Of a stretch of DNA of 64,000 nucleotides, positions 9,290-19,307 are shown in pieces (the stretch's first letter is position 1; each line of letters opens with the position of its first letter). Source of the stretch: an uncultured delta proteobacterium (GTDB lineage Bacteria; Myxococcota_A; Polyangia; Polyangiales; Polyangiaceae); assembly GCA_963696385.1 (NCBI GenBank), contig CAVOKF010000004.1, positions 480,001-544,000 of the forward strand, in the 5' to 3' direction. A program made the position numbers and the translations under genes. The notes under the pieces are model-generated. The model saw only the letters and a list, made by a program, of their open reading frames with translations, was not told the origin of the DNA and did no database searches.

Positions 9290-9803
9290 TCACATCCCGA
9301 GGAGATTCAGCCCGAGCGTTACGAGGCCGGAAAAGAGCATGAACGTGGCCAGCCGTGTCGCCTTCTTCGCCGTGGGCTCACCCGCATCGCGCAGCGCTTT
9401 CGTTGCCGCCCGCCAGTAGAGGTAGGTGCCAAGGACCACCAGGGCCAATTCGAGCGAAGCGGACGCTACGGGAATGCGCCACAAGCCGAGGCCGAGTCGC
9501 GGAAGGTTGCACGCATTGCCGGGCAGAAGAGGCATGTCGGCGCGATGGACCAACAGGTCCAGCACCCAGTGCGCGAAAGCACGGCCCCCGCGAGCACTGC
9601 GCCGTTGCGCCCACCCCAAAACCACGCGGCCGCAAGGCCGAACGTTACCGCGATGACCAAGGCACCGAGCAGCGAATGCGTGTAATCGGCGTCGATGATC
9701 CCCTCGCCGTACCCGGGATGCGGCGCGGCATCAGCGACCAGAGCGGGACCTGGGGCTCGCGCGACTTCACCACGGCCGCAAACCCGAAGTGTCCGGCGAT
9801 CAC
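9290..9803 (-). pseudogene. Membrane 'permease'/metal-dependent hydrolase (YdjM-like), split over three frames
   Basis: VIAGHFGFAAVVKSREPQVPLWSLM, YTHSLLGAL and HWVLDLLVHRADMPLLPG each lie in a different frame. The segment expected after LWSLM appears deleted. Confidence 0.75.
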
Positions 9804-10408
9804 GATCGTACCGGCCTCGCGGATTCGGCCATGGGAGTCGGGAGTCGAGCATGCCGACGACGCCCACGAAAAGAACCACACCGAGGATGAACGACATGGG
9901 ACCCTCACCTGAATCAGGACGCTCAAAGCGTACGTGTCGGTTCGAGGACTACCCGGCGGAACGACCTTACCTCGCTCAGGCGATTCGCCGCCCGAGATTC
10001 AGAGCGCGCCGACCGTCAGGGCGCGCGCTCAGGGTTTCGGTCCCATCCTTTTTCTGATCCCTCCCCTTGCAGCGGAAGCCATGCGTCCGCAGTTTACGTC
10101 GGACGTGGGGTTCGGACGCTCCGATCCCATCGTTACGACGCAGCGCGGCCCGAGACGCAACGATTGGGACATGAAGGAGGCGTTGTCGTGGGGCAATATT
10201 CACATTTCGACCGGAGGCGAAACGCGCCCGTCCGCGGGGCTTCGCAGCCGTCACGCTTTTCATAGGTGCCCAAGCCAAGACGCGATCGTCGGCCACGCCA
10301 CTCACGAGCGCGGCATCGTCGTCGTCGATTCTCGAAACGCCTCCGCTCTCCGAGGTCTCGTGGACCGACGAAGAAGCCCCGCAAATTCTCGAGAGGGACG
10401 TCGACCAC

Positions 10409-10846
10409 GTGCTTGCCACGTGGCACCAAGTGGTCATCGTGGTTTGGCGCCGCGAGACGACACCGCACGCCATCGAACGGCTGGGTCGGGCTCTTTGTGC
10501 CCTGAAAGACGCCACGGGCCATGTGCCGGGGCTCTTCATGATCGTCGAGGAAAACGCTCCGCTGCCATCTGGCGAGGCGCGCGCGGTCAGCGCCGCCGTG
10601 CTGCGAAAGATGCCGCTCGCGTTCTCCGTCGTGACGTTCGAAGGCGTCGGCTTCCGCGCCGCGGCGGTCCGCGCGGTGGTCGCAGGGATCTCGCTTCTTG
10701 CGAAGGTGCCCTATCCGCACAAATCCTTTGGCTGCATCGAAGATGCTGCAATCTGGGTCGCGATGCATGGCGGGCAGGGCAAAGCCTCGGTAGGGAGCAA
10801 GGCTCTCACGGTCGCTGTGCACGGCGCCCAGCGAGCGCATGGGTAG
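10409..10846 (+). CDS. Hypothetical myxobacterial STAS/SEC14-like protein (start uncertain)
   Basis: Pattern LFMIVEENAPLPSGEAR...FEGVGFRAAAVRAVVAG...F..IEDAAIWV is typical of myxobacterial STAS/SEC14-like proteins. The frame is open upstream without an ATG. Confidence 0.6.
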   Translation: MLATWHQVVIVVWRRETTPHAIERLGRALCALKDATGHVPGLFMIVEENAPLPSGEARAVSAAVLRKMPLAFSVVTFEGVGFRAAAVRAVVAGISLLAKVPYPHKSFGCIEDAAIWVAMHGGQGKASVGSKALTVAVHGAQRAHG

Positions 10847-10937
10847 GAGTCGCGCCATACCCGGTCGGGCTCGCGGTTTGCCGGGCGTCGATCGAAGTGG
10901 TGAACCCTGAGCGGGCCGGGCGGTATGGAGACAGCAG

Positions 10938-12338
10938 ATGGGCCCTCTCCATAGCTGCATCCTGACCCTCGCGCTGGTGGCGGTCCTGGCGCTCGTACCG
11001 GGCTGCGCACGAAGGCCCTACCTCCACTGGCAGGGTGGTGATGTTTTCGGCGTCTTCGAGGCGGACGGACGATCTCCGTCTCGAATCGACTGCCCTGGCA
11101 CGACGGCGGAACGCTTTGCGTGCTTCGCCGCGAGGGCGCGCGAGCGGGCAGGGGAGAGGAGCGGTGCCCTCGCGGTCGTCACCGGCGACGGCGCGCTTCT
11201 CCAGACCACGACGACGGAGCCCGGGCAAACCGTCCTAACCACGTCAGAGACGCTGTTCCCGCTCCTGTCGGTCACCAAGATGTTCACGGCCGCGACAGCC
11301 GTTTCGCTCGCTCAAGAGGGCATCCTCGATCTGCATCGACCGATCGCGAGCTACCTCCCGGAGCTCCACGCGGACACCGGGCTCGGGCGCGTCACGCTTC
11401 ACCAACTCCTCACACACACAGCCGGGCTCGTGGACGATCCCCACCGCCTCGCGGCGCAGTGTGAGGGCGGCGGCGACCTATCCGACGCCATCGCGCGCGC
11501 GCATCTCGGGGCGGAACCGGGCGCGGTGTACCTTTACTCGAACATCGGCTACGCCCTCGTGGGGCTCGTGGTCGAGCGAGCGACGTCGCGTCCCTTCGAG
11601 GACGTCGTGCGTGAACGCGTACTACTGCCGATGGGGATGACGACGGCGACGTTCAACTTCGCCTCGGTTTGGGTTCGCGGGCATCCCGAGGGCGGTGGCG
11701 GGGGCGGGCGGTGCAGGCTGACGGCTCCAGCCGGAGGGCTGATTGCGAGCGCGCGCGACCTCGCCCGATGGGCGCGCGCGATGAGCGAGCCCGCCACCCA
11801 TCCGCTGGGGCAACGGCTCGTCGAGGCGCTCACGACTCCGTACGTGGAGACCGGTGCGCGCCCTGGCGAGGCCTACGGCTATGGGGTCGCGATGATGAGA
11901 CGCGGGGGCGTATGGGTCTACAACCACAGCGGCGGCATCCAAGACTTCAGCGCGTTCGTGGCCTGGGTGCCCGCAAGACGCTTCGGCGCAGCTGCGATGA
12001 TGAACGCGGCGAACGCGGCGGGGGCCACGCCCTCGGTCGTCGTTCTTCGTGGGCTGAGCGTACTTTTGGACCTGCCCGACGATTGGAGAGCCAACGTCGA
12101 GGGCTCGCCTCGCCCCTTGAGCGCGTACGTCGGCACCTACGTCGATCGCAGGAGCTGGCTCGGTCGTCTGCGCGTCCGGCTCGACGGCACCGACCGGCTC
12201 GCGTTCGACTATCTCGACGGACCGCCGGCGCTGTTGCCGCCCACGTTTGCGTTCCGTTTCGTACCCGGAGACGGACGCGCGAGGTTCGTCGTCACAGGGT
12301 TGGGCGTCGGTGAACGTATCGCGAGTGCAGGCGAGTAG
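10938..12338 (+). CDS. Serine hydrolase, beta-lactamase/AmpC family, probable lipoprotein
   Basis: SxxK (SVTK), LLTHTAG, YSN and HSGG motifs. Lipobox-like VPGC. Confidence 0.9.
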   Translation: MGPLHSCILTLALVAVLALVPGCARRPYLHWQGGDVFGVFEADGRSPSRIDCPGTTAERFACFAARARERAGERSGALAVVTGDGALLQTTTTEPGQTVLTTSETLFPLLSVTKMFTAATAVSLAQEGILDLHRPIASYLPELHADTGLGRVTLHQLLTHTAGLVDDPHRLAAQCEGGGDLSDAIARAHLGAEPGAVYLYSNIGYALVGLVVERATSRPFEDVVRERVLLPMGMTTATFNFASVWVRGHPEGGGGGGRCRLTAPAGGLIASARDLARWARAMSEPATHPLGQRLVEALTTPYVETGARPGEAYGYGVAMMRRGGVWVYNHSGGIQDFSAFVAWVPARRFGAAAMMNAANAAGATPSVVVLRGLSVLLDLPDDWRANVEGSPRPLSAYVGTYVDRRSWLGRLRVRLDGTDRLAFDYLDGPPALLPPTFAFRFVPGDGRARFVVTGLGVGERIASAGE

Positions 12339-12642
12339 ATGCCCGCACAAAGCCTGCCAGTCCACGAAGAGCTCAATAGGGACGGCGGTTTCATCGACAA
12401 CGAACGCCCGAAAGGGATCGGCAGGCCTTGCTCGCGCTACTGGCTCACCTTCCCCAAATGCATGGCAGCTCATCGCATCTCATTCCTTTCAGACCTAGCC
12501 TTGCCTCAGCCTTGCCTGGTCGCACTGGGTCGGCTATTCGGCCTATGATCGCCGCTTGGCTCGCACGTGGATCGATTCGCTCTGGTCCAATGCATCGTGC
12601 ACCGCTTCGATCGCCGAGCGCCTGGGGGGTACGCCGGTCCCC

Positions 12643-12745
12643 GTGAAGACGCAGGCGACCCCCCTCTACCCGTTCGTTCCATCGGGTCCGAACTTCGCCC
12701 TGGCCCTCGACTTCTTCGCTGCGCTCGGCTTCGAGAGGACTTGGG
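12643..12745 (+). pseudogene. N-terminal fragment of a glyoxalase-like gene, in frame with the next gene
   Basis: VKTQATPLYPFVPSGPNFALALDFFAALGFERTW resembles the first beta-alpha unit of a VOC protein and then breaks off. Confidence 0.5.
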
Positions 12746-12783
12746 CGTTTGCTGGCATGTCCGCCAAAGGCGCAGCTGAGGCC

Positions 12784-13233
12784 ATGACCGAACGATCTCG
12801 AAAGGCAACGCCGAGACTGACCGTGGTCACGCTCGGCGTCTCCAATGTCGCAAGGTCTCGGCGCTTCTACTGCGAGGGACTGGGCTTCGTGGCGTCGAGC
12901 GCTACCAGCGAGCACATCGTCTTCATTGACGCGGGCGACGTCGTCCTGGGCCTCTACCCGCGCGACCTGCTTGCCGAAGATGCGCAGGTCTCGGCGAAGG
13001 GATCTGGTTTCGGCGGCATCACCCTCGCGCGCAACGTCGGCACGAAAGGCGAGGTCGATGCCGCGATCGACGCGGCGCGAAAGGCGGGCGCCAAGATCCT
13101 CAAGCCCGCGCAGGAAGTCTTCTGGGGCGGCTACTCCGGCTACTTCGCTGACCCCGATGGCCATCCCTGGGAGGTAGCCTACAACCCGCACTGGAAGCTC
13201 GACGGCAAAGGGCGCGTGCTGCTCCCTCGCTGA
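12784..13233 (+). CDS. VOC/glyoxalase family protein
   Basis: LTVVTLGVSNVARSRRFY...FWGGYSGYFADPDGHPWEVAYNP. Confidence 0.93.
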   Translation: MTERSRKATPRLTVVTLGVSNVARSRRFYCEGLGFVASSATSEHIVFIDAGDVVLGLYPRDLLAEDAQVSAKGSGFGGITLARNVGTKGEVDAAIDAARKAGAKILKPAQEVFWGGYSGYFADPDGHPWEVAYNPHWKLDGKGRVLLPR

Positions 13234-13270
13234 CCGCTGCAAGCTTTCACACCTACCGAGGGGAGAGATC

Positions 13271-14482
13271 ATGCGTGTACTGCTGTCATCGGTCGGGACC
13301 CGTGGCGACGTGCAGCCGATCGTCGCTCTCGCCTTGGCGCTGAGTGACCTCGGTCAGGAGGTCCGGCTGTGCGTCCCCCCCAACTTTGTCGAGTGGGCTC
13401 GCGGCTTCGGCTTCGAAGCGGTTCCGGTCGGCGTTGAGATGCGGCTTCCGGTCCGCAGCGGGGCTCCGGCGGCGCCGCTCATGGCGGAGGAGATCCGACG
13501 CATCCGCGAATCGATGCCGGATCTGATCGCCGACCAGTTCGACGTCGTCGGCGCCGCAGCGAACGGGTGCGATGTGATTCTCGGCGCGAATGCGCACCAG
13601 TACGCGGCACGGACGATCGGCGAATTGCGTCGAATCCGCTACGTGACCGCCCTCTACGCGCCGGTGACTATCCCCTCGCCGGATCACGCGCCACCGCCCG
13701 CCCCCGGCGAGAAGTGGGCACTCGGAGATGCTGCGACCAACGCGCATCGCTGGGCTGAAAATGTCCGCGCCTGGAACGACCGCGCGCTTGAGCGCGTCAA
13801 CCACAACCGCGCGCGGCTCGGGCTGACGCCCATCGACGACGTGCTTCGCTACAACCTGACCGGCGCTCCGTGGCTTGCCGCCGACTCTGTCCTGGCCCCG
13901 CTCCCGACAACTATAGGGGTTGACGTCTTTGCGACCGGCGCTTGGGTTCTCGCGGATTCGACCCCCGTGGCGCCAGAGGTCGAAGAGTTTCTGGCTAGGG
14001 GAGAGCCGCCGATCTATCTCGGCTTCGGCAGCATGCCCGCCCCCGAGGGCGCGAGCCGCGTACTTCTCGACGCAGTGAGAGCAGTGGGGCGCCGGGCGAT
14101 CCTCTCGCGGGGCTGGGCGGAGCTCGATTTGATCGATGAGGCGCCGGACTGCATCGTGGTTGGCGACATCAATCACCAAGCACTGTTTCCGCGCGTCGCG
14201 GCTGTCGTTCATCACGGTGGGGCAGGTACGACCGCTTGCGCCGCTCGTGCCGGAGTACCGCAGGCGGTGGTGCCGATGTTCAGCGACCAGTTCTATTGGG
14301 CCAGCCGCGTCCGCGCGCTCGGGATCGGCACGAGCGTTGTGGGACCCCTCGCCACCGAAACCCTGGCGACAACGCTACGAGCGGTACTGGAGCCGGAGTT
14401 CGCCTCGCGCTCTCGGTGCCTTGCGCAGCAGCTCCGATCGGATGGCGCAATGGTTGCCGCTCGGCGACTTGTGAGCCTGTAG
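13271..14482 (+). CDS. GT1-family glycosyltransferase (GtfA/B- or rifamycin-glycosyltransferase-like)
   Basis: MRVLLSSVGTRGDVQP, PPIYLGFGS, HQALFPRVAAVVHHGGAGTT and DQFYWA. Confidence 0.92.
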   Translation: MRVLLSSVGTRGDVQPIVALALALSDLGQEVRLCVPPNFVEWARGFGFEAVPVGVEMRLPVRSGAPAAPLMAEEIRRIRESMPDLIADQFDVVGAAANGCDVILGANAHQYAARTIGELRRIRYVTALYAPVTIPSPDHAPPPAPGEKWALGDAATNAHRWAENVRAWNDRALERVNHNRARLGLTPIDDVLRYNLTGAPWLAADSVLAPLPTTIGVDVFATGAWVLADSTPVAPEVEEFLARGEPPIYLGFGSMPAPEGASRVLLDAVRAVGRRAILSRGWAELDLIDEAPDCIVVGDINHQALFPRVAAVVHHGGAGTTACAARAGVPQAVVPMFSDQFYWASRVRALGIGTSVVGPLATETLATTLRAVLEPEFASRSRCLAQQLRSDGAMVAARRLVSL

Positions 14483-14700
14483 TCGTTCAAAAGCGGAGCG
14501 ACTTGTGGACGCCGGACGCCGATTACGACCATGTTGCGCATGGTCGAAGAACCGTAGCCATCGGTCGCGGTCATAGTGTGGCAAGACCGCATAACGCCCC
14601 CCCGAAGGCGCGTCGCGGCGCTCGCCGCGCGTCGCGTTCCTGACCCCTGGCGCGCGGCCTGGCACTCTGGCGGCCGTCGGCGGTATCGTGCGTCGCCGAC

Positions 14701-15072
14701 ATGGCCATCTTCCACATCCTCGGCCGCGACGAATGGCAGCGCGCCGCGACCGCCGGGACGTATGCGCCCGCCGGCCTCGCGAAGGAGGGATTCATTCACT
14801 TCAGCACGGAGCGCCAGCTCTTGCGGACAGCCGATCGTTTCTTTGCGGGTCGGGACGACCTCGTCGTGGTTTCGGTCCGCGAGGACCGCCTGACCCGTCC
14901 TCTTCGATTCGAAGTTGCCCACGGCGAACCCTTCCCGCATGTGTACGGCGCTCTCGATCTGGATGCCGTGGTCGAGGTCGTGACATTGCCGTTGGTGAAC
15001 GGTCGCCACGAGATCCCGCAGGCGTGGGCGGGGCGACGCCTCTTCGTGCGGGCCCCTGTGGACACGGGGTAA
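14701..15072 (+). CDS. DUF952 family protein
   Basis: IFHI...EW...GFIHFST..Q...A.RFF...FPHVYGAL. Confidence 0.9.
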   Translation: MAIFHILGRDEWQRAATAGTYAPAGLAKEGFIHFSTERQLLRTADRFFAGRDDLVVVSVREDRLTRPLRFEVAHGEPFPHVYGALDLDAVVEVVTLPLVNGRHEIPQAWAGRRLFVRAPVDTG

Positions 15073-15221
15073 CGATGAAACTGAGCTGGGCGCCCCTGCC
15101 GAGTACTAGACCTGGGCTTCGGGCCCCTCACGAGATCCCCGCGGACGACGCGCGGACGAGCGGCGGACCCGACGATGCGCGCGAATGGTCCTCGGTCCCT
15201 CCAAGGAAAAGAGCAATACCC

Positions 15222-15992
15222 ATGCCGACGTGGAACACCGAACAGTATCTGCGCTTCGTCAACGAACGCACCCGTCCGTGCCGTGACCTGGTCACCGCGA
15301 TTGCCGTCGAAGCGCCGCGCCGGATCGTCGACCTCGGATGCGGGCCGGGAAACAGCACTGCCGTGCTGGCAGCCCGCTGGCCGGCGGCGGAAATTACCGG
15401 CCTCGACAACTCGGAAGCCATGATTACCGAGGCCCGACGGAATGCGCCGAACGTCACCTGGCTGACGGAAGACATCGGGGCATGGACCAGCGACACGCCG
15501 TACCCCATTGTCTTCTCCAACGCTGCGCTCCAATGGGTCCCCCATCACGAAGTTCTCTATCCGCGGCTCCTCGGATTGACTGCGCCGGGAGGCGCATTCG
15601 CCGCTCAAGTACCGTGCAACTTTCGCGCGGAGGCTCATGAGGCAATGCGCGCGATGGCCGCACTGCCCGTATGGCAATCCTATTTCAAGGGCGGTGTCGG
15701 CGAATGGCATGTCCACCCCCCTTCTTTCTACTACGACGTGATGGCCCCACACGCGACGCGGCTCGACATCTGGGAGACCGAGTATCTCCACGTCATGGCG
15801 GGGCCTTGGGCCATCGTTGAGTGGTACAAGGGTACCGGCCTCCGCCCCTTTCTCGATCGCCTTCCGGACGAAAGCGTGCGCAACCGGTTCTTGGCTGAGT
15901 ATCTCGAGGCCGTGACTGCTGCCTATCCTGCGCAGCCCGACGGCCGCGTGCTGTTTCCGTTCCGGCGGATGTTCATCATCGCGTACCGCTAG
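15222..15992 (+). CDS. tam: Trans-aconitate 2-methyltransferase
   Basis: W...QYLRF..ERTRP..DL, VDLGCGPGNST, SNAALQWVP, GTGLRPFL and FPFRRMFIIA. Confidence 0.92.
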   Translation: MPTWNTEQYLRFVNERTRPCRDLVTAIAVEAPRRIVDLGCGPGNSTAVLAARWPAAEITGLDNSEAMITEARRNAPNVTWLTEDIGAWTSDTPYPIVFSNAALQWVPHHEVLYPRLLGLTAPGGAFAAQVPCNFRAEAHEAMRAMAALPVWQSYFKGGVGEWHVHPPSFYYDVMAPHATRLDIWETEYLHVMAGPWAIVEWYKGTGLRPFLDRLPDESVRNRFLAEYLEAVTAAYPAQPDGRVLFPFRRMFIIAYR

Positions 15993-16021
15993 AGCAATGG
16001 GTGAACTATAAACTTTCGGCC

Positions 16022-16552
16022 ATGCTCGATTTCAGGACGACTGTTCGCAGTATGGCGGCGGTGCTTCTGGTCGCATGTGCGTGCGACAAGCCCACTTCGA
16101 CGATCGCCGAGACAGCGGCCCCGTCCGCGAGCGGGGTCGCACCGGCGATCGCGACCCCCGCCGCGATTCCAAGGTCATGGCCCGTCGCAAGCGCGGCGGC
16201 CCAGGCTGGGGCCGACGTCGCGTCGCCGGACGCAATTATCGCGCAGCACGTACTCGTCGTCTACAAGGGCGCCAAGCGTGCGCCCAAGGGCGTGACCCGA
16301 ACGAAAGGCCAAGCGCGAGCGCGCGCCCAGGAGGCGCTCGACCAGATTCGTTCGGGCAGCCCGTTCGACGAGGTCGTCAAAGCCTTTTCGGACGACACGG
16401 GATCGGTCGACCGCATGGGAAGCCTCGGCAAGTTCCACAAGGGCGACATGGATCCGACCTTCGGCGCCGCCGCGTTCGCTCTTCGGGTCGGCCAGGTGAG
16501 CGACATCGTCGAAACCCCCTTCGGCTTTCATGTCATCAAGCGAACGCAGTAA
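16022..16552 (+). CDS. Parvulin (PpiC-type) peptidyl-prolyl isomerase, probable lipoprotein
   Basis: AQHVLV.YKGA, FSDD, GSLGKF and SDIVETPFGFHVIKR. N-terminal VACAC. Confidence 0.9.
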   Translation: MLDFRTTVRSMAAVLLVACACDKPTSTIAETAAPSASGVAPAIATPAAIPRSWPVASAAAQAGADVASPDAIIAQHVLVVYKGAKRAPKGVTRTKGQARARAQEALDQIRSGSPFDEVVKAFSDDTGSVDRMGSLGKFHKGDMDPTFGAAAFALRVGQVSDIVETPFGFHVIKRTQ

Positions 16553-16785
16553 GCGCTTTGTGTCTGAATTCGCCGCAAACGAGCATCGGACTCCGCGCGT
16601 CCCTTCTCCCGGTCCCGCGCGGAGAACGAGCCGGATCGCGCTGCGTTCGCGAACGACGTTGCTGGCGGTCGTCGCGGCGGACCTGTCCTCGCGGAGCCTA
16701 TCATGATGCTTCGATGGATCACCCACGGGCCCGTCGCCGTGAAGACTTTCGGCGGCAAGAAGCGCGTACGAGGGGGAGCGTGACC

Positions 16786-17403
16786 ATGCGCGTCGGTCTT
16801 CAAGGTTGGGGTTCGGAGGGTGACTTACGACCGCTCATCGCGCTCGCTGCCCGTCTCCGCAGGAGCGGCCACGAAGCCAACCTGGTGCTCACGCCGGTGG
16901 ACGGCAAGGACTACCGTCCGCTTTGCGAATCACTCGACGTTGCGCTGAAGGTCGTGCCCGAGCGGATGGCGGTCACGCTTCAGCAGCTCGTGCGCGGCGC
17001 GAAGAGCAAAAACCCGACGAAGCTGAGCAATGCCGTGCTCGACTTGACGTTTTATCCATACATCGAAGCGATGTACGCGGCCTCGCTCGACTTGTGCGCC
17101 AGCTCGGATGTCGTGGTCGGCGGTTCGTCGTGCTGGCAGCTAAAGGCGGCGAGTCTGAACGCGAAGGTCCCGTTCGTCGCCCTCGACTTCGTTCCGGGCA
17201 TTGTTCCGTCGCGCGAGGTCCCTCCCGCCATCTTCCCCTCATGGCCCTGGCTCGCTCGACCCGCGTGGGCGCTTCTGGGTGTCATGTTCGACATGGCATT
17301 TCGCGAAGCGCCTCGAGTGTTCTTTGCCGAGAAGGGCCTCCCGCCCATCCGCCATACGATCCCTGACGTGATCTTCTCTGACCACCTCAACCTTCACGCA
17401 TCG
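16786..17403 (+). pseudogene. Truncated GT1/GT28-type glycosyltransferase (N-terminal domain only)
   Basis: MRVGLQGWGSEGDLRPLIALA... Similarity ends at HLNLHAS and the HHGG nucleotide-sugar domain is absent. Confidence 0.75.
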
Positions 17404-17630
17404 GGATCTCGGCGCCGGAGCGGGAGGAGCGGCTCGTCAGCGGCGCCATGGCGCGTGGAGAGCCAGACGACGTCCGGGTCGATGCTTGCGCACGACGAGA
17501 TCCGCCTGAAGACCGAGGAACGACTCGATGAGCGTCATCGCGGCAAGTCGATCTCCTTCGTCGTCGTGATCGAAGAGGCCTCGTTTCGGAATATTCGTCG
17601 CACCATCCACCGCTCAGTGGCGACGCGCCT

Positions 17631-18077
17631 CTACCCCGCGGCGAGCGGAAGCTGCGCCGCTGGCCCCTGCCGTAGCGGTGCCCCTATGCTCAGGTCGCAC
17701 GGGCCCGCGCTGGGCAATCGCCGACTCTCAGGGCGCAGCGCCCAAGAGCTCGCGAGGATGCAGATGAGGACGATGGGCGCGATGACGTGGAACGCACCCC
17801 CCGCGTTGGCTGCCGACGCCACGACGGCGCCAGAGAGGTCTATGAAGATGCCGGCGTAGGCCAACTCCTTCACGAGCCGTAGGCCGGGCGCAAGCAGTGT
17901 CATGGCTCCGAGCACCTTCCAAACACCGAGCAATACGATGAAGTGCAGCGGGTAGCCGAGGGCCGTCATCCCTTCGACGGTTTGCGGCACCCGTAAAACT
18001 TGCGCGACGCCGCCCGATCCGATGCACAGCGCGATAAACGCGGTGCAGATCCAGTACGCAATCGATTTCCCCTTCAT
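17631..18077 (-). CDS. DoxX-like membrane protein
   Basis: YWICT...LGYPLHF..LLGVWKVLG...KELAYAG. GAAAGGAG RBS. Confidence 0.9.
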   Translation of the reverse strand: MKGKSIAYWICTAFIALCIGSGGVAQVLRVPQTVEGMTALGYPLHFIVLLGVWKVLGAMTLLAPGLRLVKELAYAGIFIDLSGAVVASAANAGGAFHVIAPIVLICILASSWALRPESRRLPSAGPCDLSIGAPLRQGPAAQLPLAAG

Positions 18078-18212
18078 GGTCGACGCTCCTTTCCGAAATC
18101 AAACCCAGGTCAGCTTTGCCGGCGATCGAGGGTGGCACCGAGATGGTCGAGCCCGTCACCGTGCTTGACGGTATCGTGAACCTCCCTCCACATCCCTTCA
18201 GTCATCCCTAAT

Positions 18213-18239
18213 GACGAACGACAGAAGTTGAATGTGACC
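18213..18239 (-). promoter_or_regulatory. ECF41-type promoter (GGTCACA-N16-CGTC) upstream of the doxX-like gene
   Basis: Minus strand reads GGTCACA ttcaacttctgtcgtt CGTC. The ECF41 consensus is TGTCACA-N16-CGTC. Confidence 0.55.
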
Positions 18240-18472
18240 GACTCATCCCGGAGTCACGCGATTCGAGGACAACCGGCCCCCGTCTTGGCTGCTTCGCCGA
18301 CCCGCCAAAGCTAGGTCGGCCACGAACCGCAGCCGTTTGGCGCCGCAATGCTGCAAAGGTGGGTGCTTCATGGGCAAGGGAAGACCAGGAAAGCGTCGTT
18401 TTTCTTCAAGACGCGGACGCGCAAGGGGCGTACGCAATGAAGCATGGACGCTAGGCGGAGAAAGGCCTCACG

Positions 18473-18988
18473 GTGCCGTTGAACGTTTATGACGCTTCGG
18501 TAGGAGTGTTCCTGCGCGGCCTGACGAGCCTGAAGGTGCTCCTCACGAAGGGCGAGGCGCACGCGATCGCCACGGGGATGGCACCCGCGGAGCTGCTGGG
18601 CGCCGAGCTGGCGACCGGCATGTACGGCCTGACGTTGCAGGTGCACTGGGCGGCGCAAGGCGCGCAGATGGCCCTGGACCGGCTGGTCGGCGCGACGCCC
18701 GCGCCTCCCGTACCCGCCGACCCAGTGAAGAGCTTCGCGGAGCTGCATGGGCTCGTGGATGCGGCGCTCGCGCGTCTCGGCACCGTGGACGGAGCGGCGC
18801 TCGAGGCCGGCCTCGAGCGTACGATTGAGATCGCCCATCGCGGAAGCATCACGCGGTACACGGGGACGCAGTTCCTGCAGCAGTTCGCGGTGCCGAGTTT
18901 TTTCTTCCACCTCGTCGCTGCGTATGCGATCCTGCGGCACAAAGGCGTCCCGCTCACGAAGGGCGACTTCCTCGGACCGCAGGGATAG
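18473..18988 (+). CDS. DUF1993 family (DinB-like helical) protein
   Basis: YDASV..F.RGL..L..LL.K, M..L..QV and FFFHLVAAYAILRHKGVPLTKGDFLG. Confidence 0.9.
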   Translation: MPLNVYDASVGVFLRGLTSLKVLLTKGEAHAIATGMAPAELLGAELATGMYGLTLQVHWAAQGAQMALDRLVGATPAPPVPADPVKSFAELHGLVDAALARLGTVDGAALEAGLERTIEIAHRGSITRYTGTQFLQQFAVPSFFFHLVAAYAILRHKGVPLTKGDFLGPQG

Positions 18989-19047
18989 CGAGCCTCGGCC
19001 GAGGCCGGGCACCGGGTCCCGTCACGCTTCGGAGGGCGGCGACTTCG

Positions 19048-19143
19048 ATCCACATTGTCGGGCGCGACGAATGGAAGCGTGCCGAGACCGCCGGGACGTA
19101 CGCTTCCGCGGGCCTCGCGACCGAGCGATTCATCCACTTCAGC
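19048..19143 (+). pseudogene. Remnant of a second DUF952 gene (N-terminal ~32 codons)
   Basis: IHIVGRDEWKRAETAGTYASAGLATERFIHFS vs FHILGRDEWQRAATAGTYAPAGLAKEGFIHFS of the gene at 14701. Confidence 0.8.
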
Positions 19144-19278
19144 AAGGACCGCCAGAGGCGGGCTTCGCGGCGAACTTCCGCTTCTCCTTCGTGAACGGAT
19201 TGACCAAGAACAAGCGTCTGTCGGGGCCCGCGAGCTTACTCCGTGGCGGCAACCCGCCGCGTCGCACGCAATTCACCA

Positions 19279-19304
19279 TTGACAACCAATAAGTAGTGCC
19301 TTAT
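19279..19304 (+). promoter_or_regulatory. TTGACA -35 box and ATAAG-N6-CTTAT palindrome (candidate ArsR auto-operator)
   Basis: TTGACA at 19279-19284 and an inverted repeat at 19289-19304, immediately before the ArsR ATG. Confidence 0.6.
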
Positions 19305-19307
19305 GTG

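Noticed and set aside
12339..12640. Possible gene remnant (minus-strand ...DPFRAFVVDETAVPIELFVDWQ...)
   Set aside because: It looks protein-like, but I cannot assign a family or a consistent ORF without a search.
14688..15221. N-terminal extension of tam
   Set aside because: It overlaps the DUF952 gene out of frame. Homology and an AAGGA RBS-like sequence support the start at 15222.
16075..17859. 594-aa ORF as a single protein
   Set aside because: Only 16786-17403 is glycosyltransferase-like. The rest overlaps the PPIase and doxX genes in non-coding frames.
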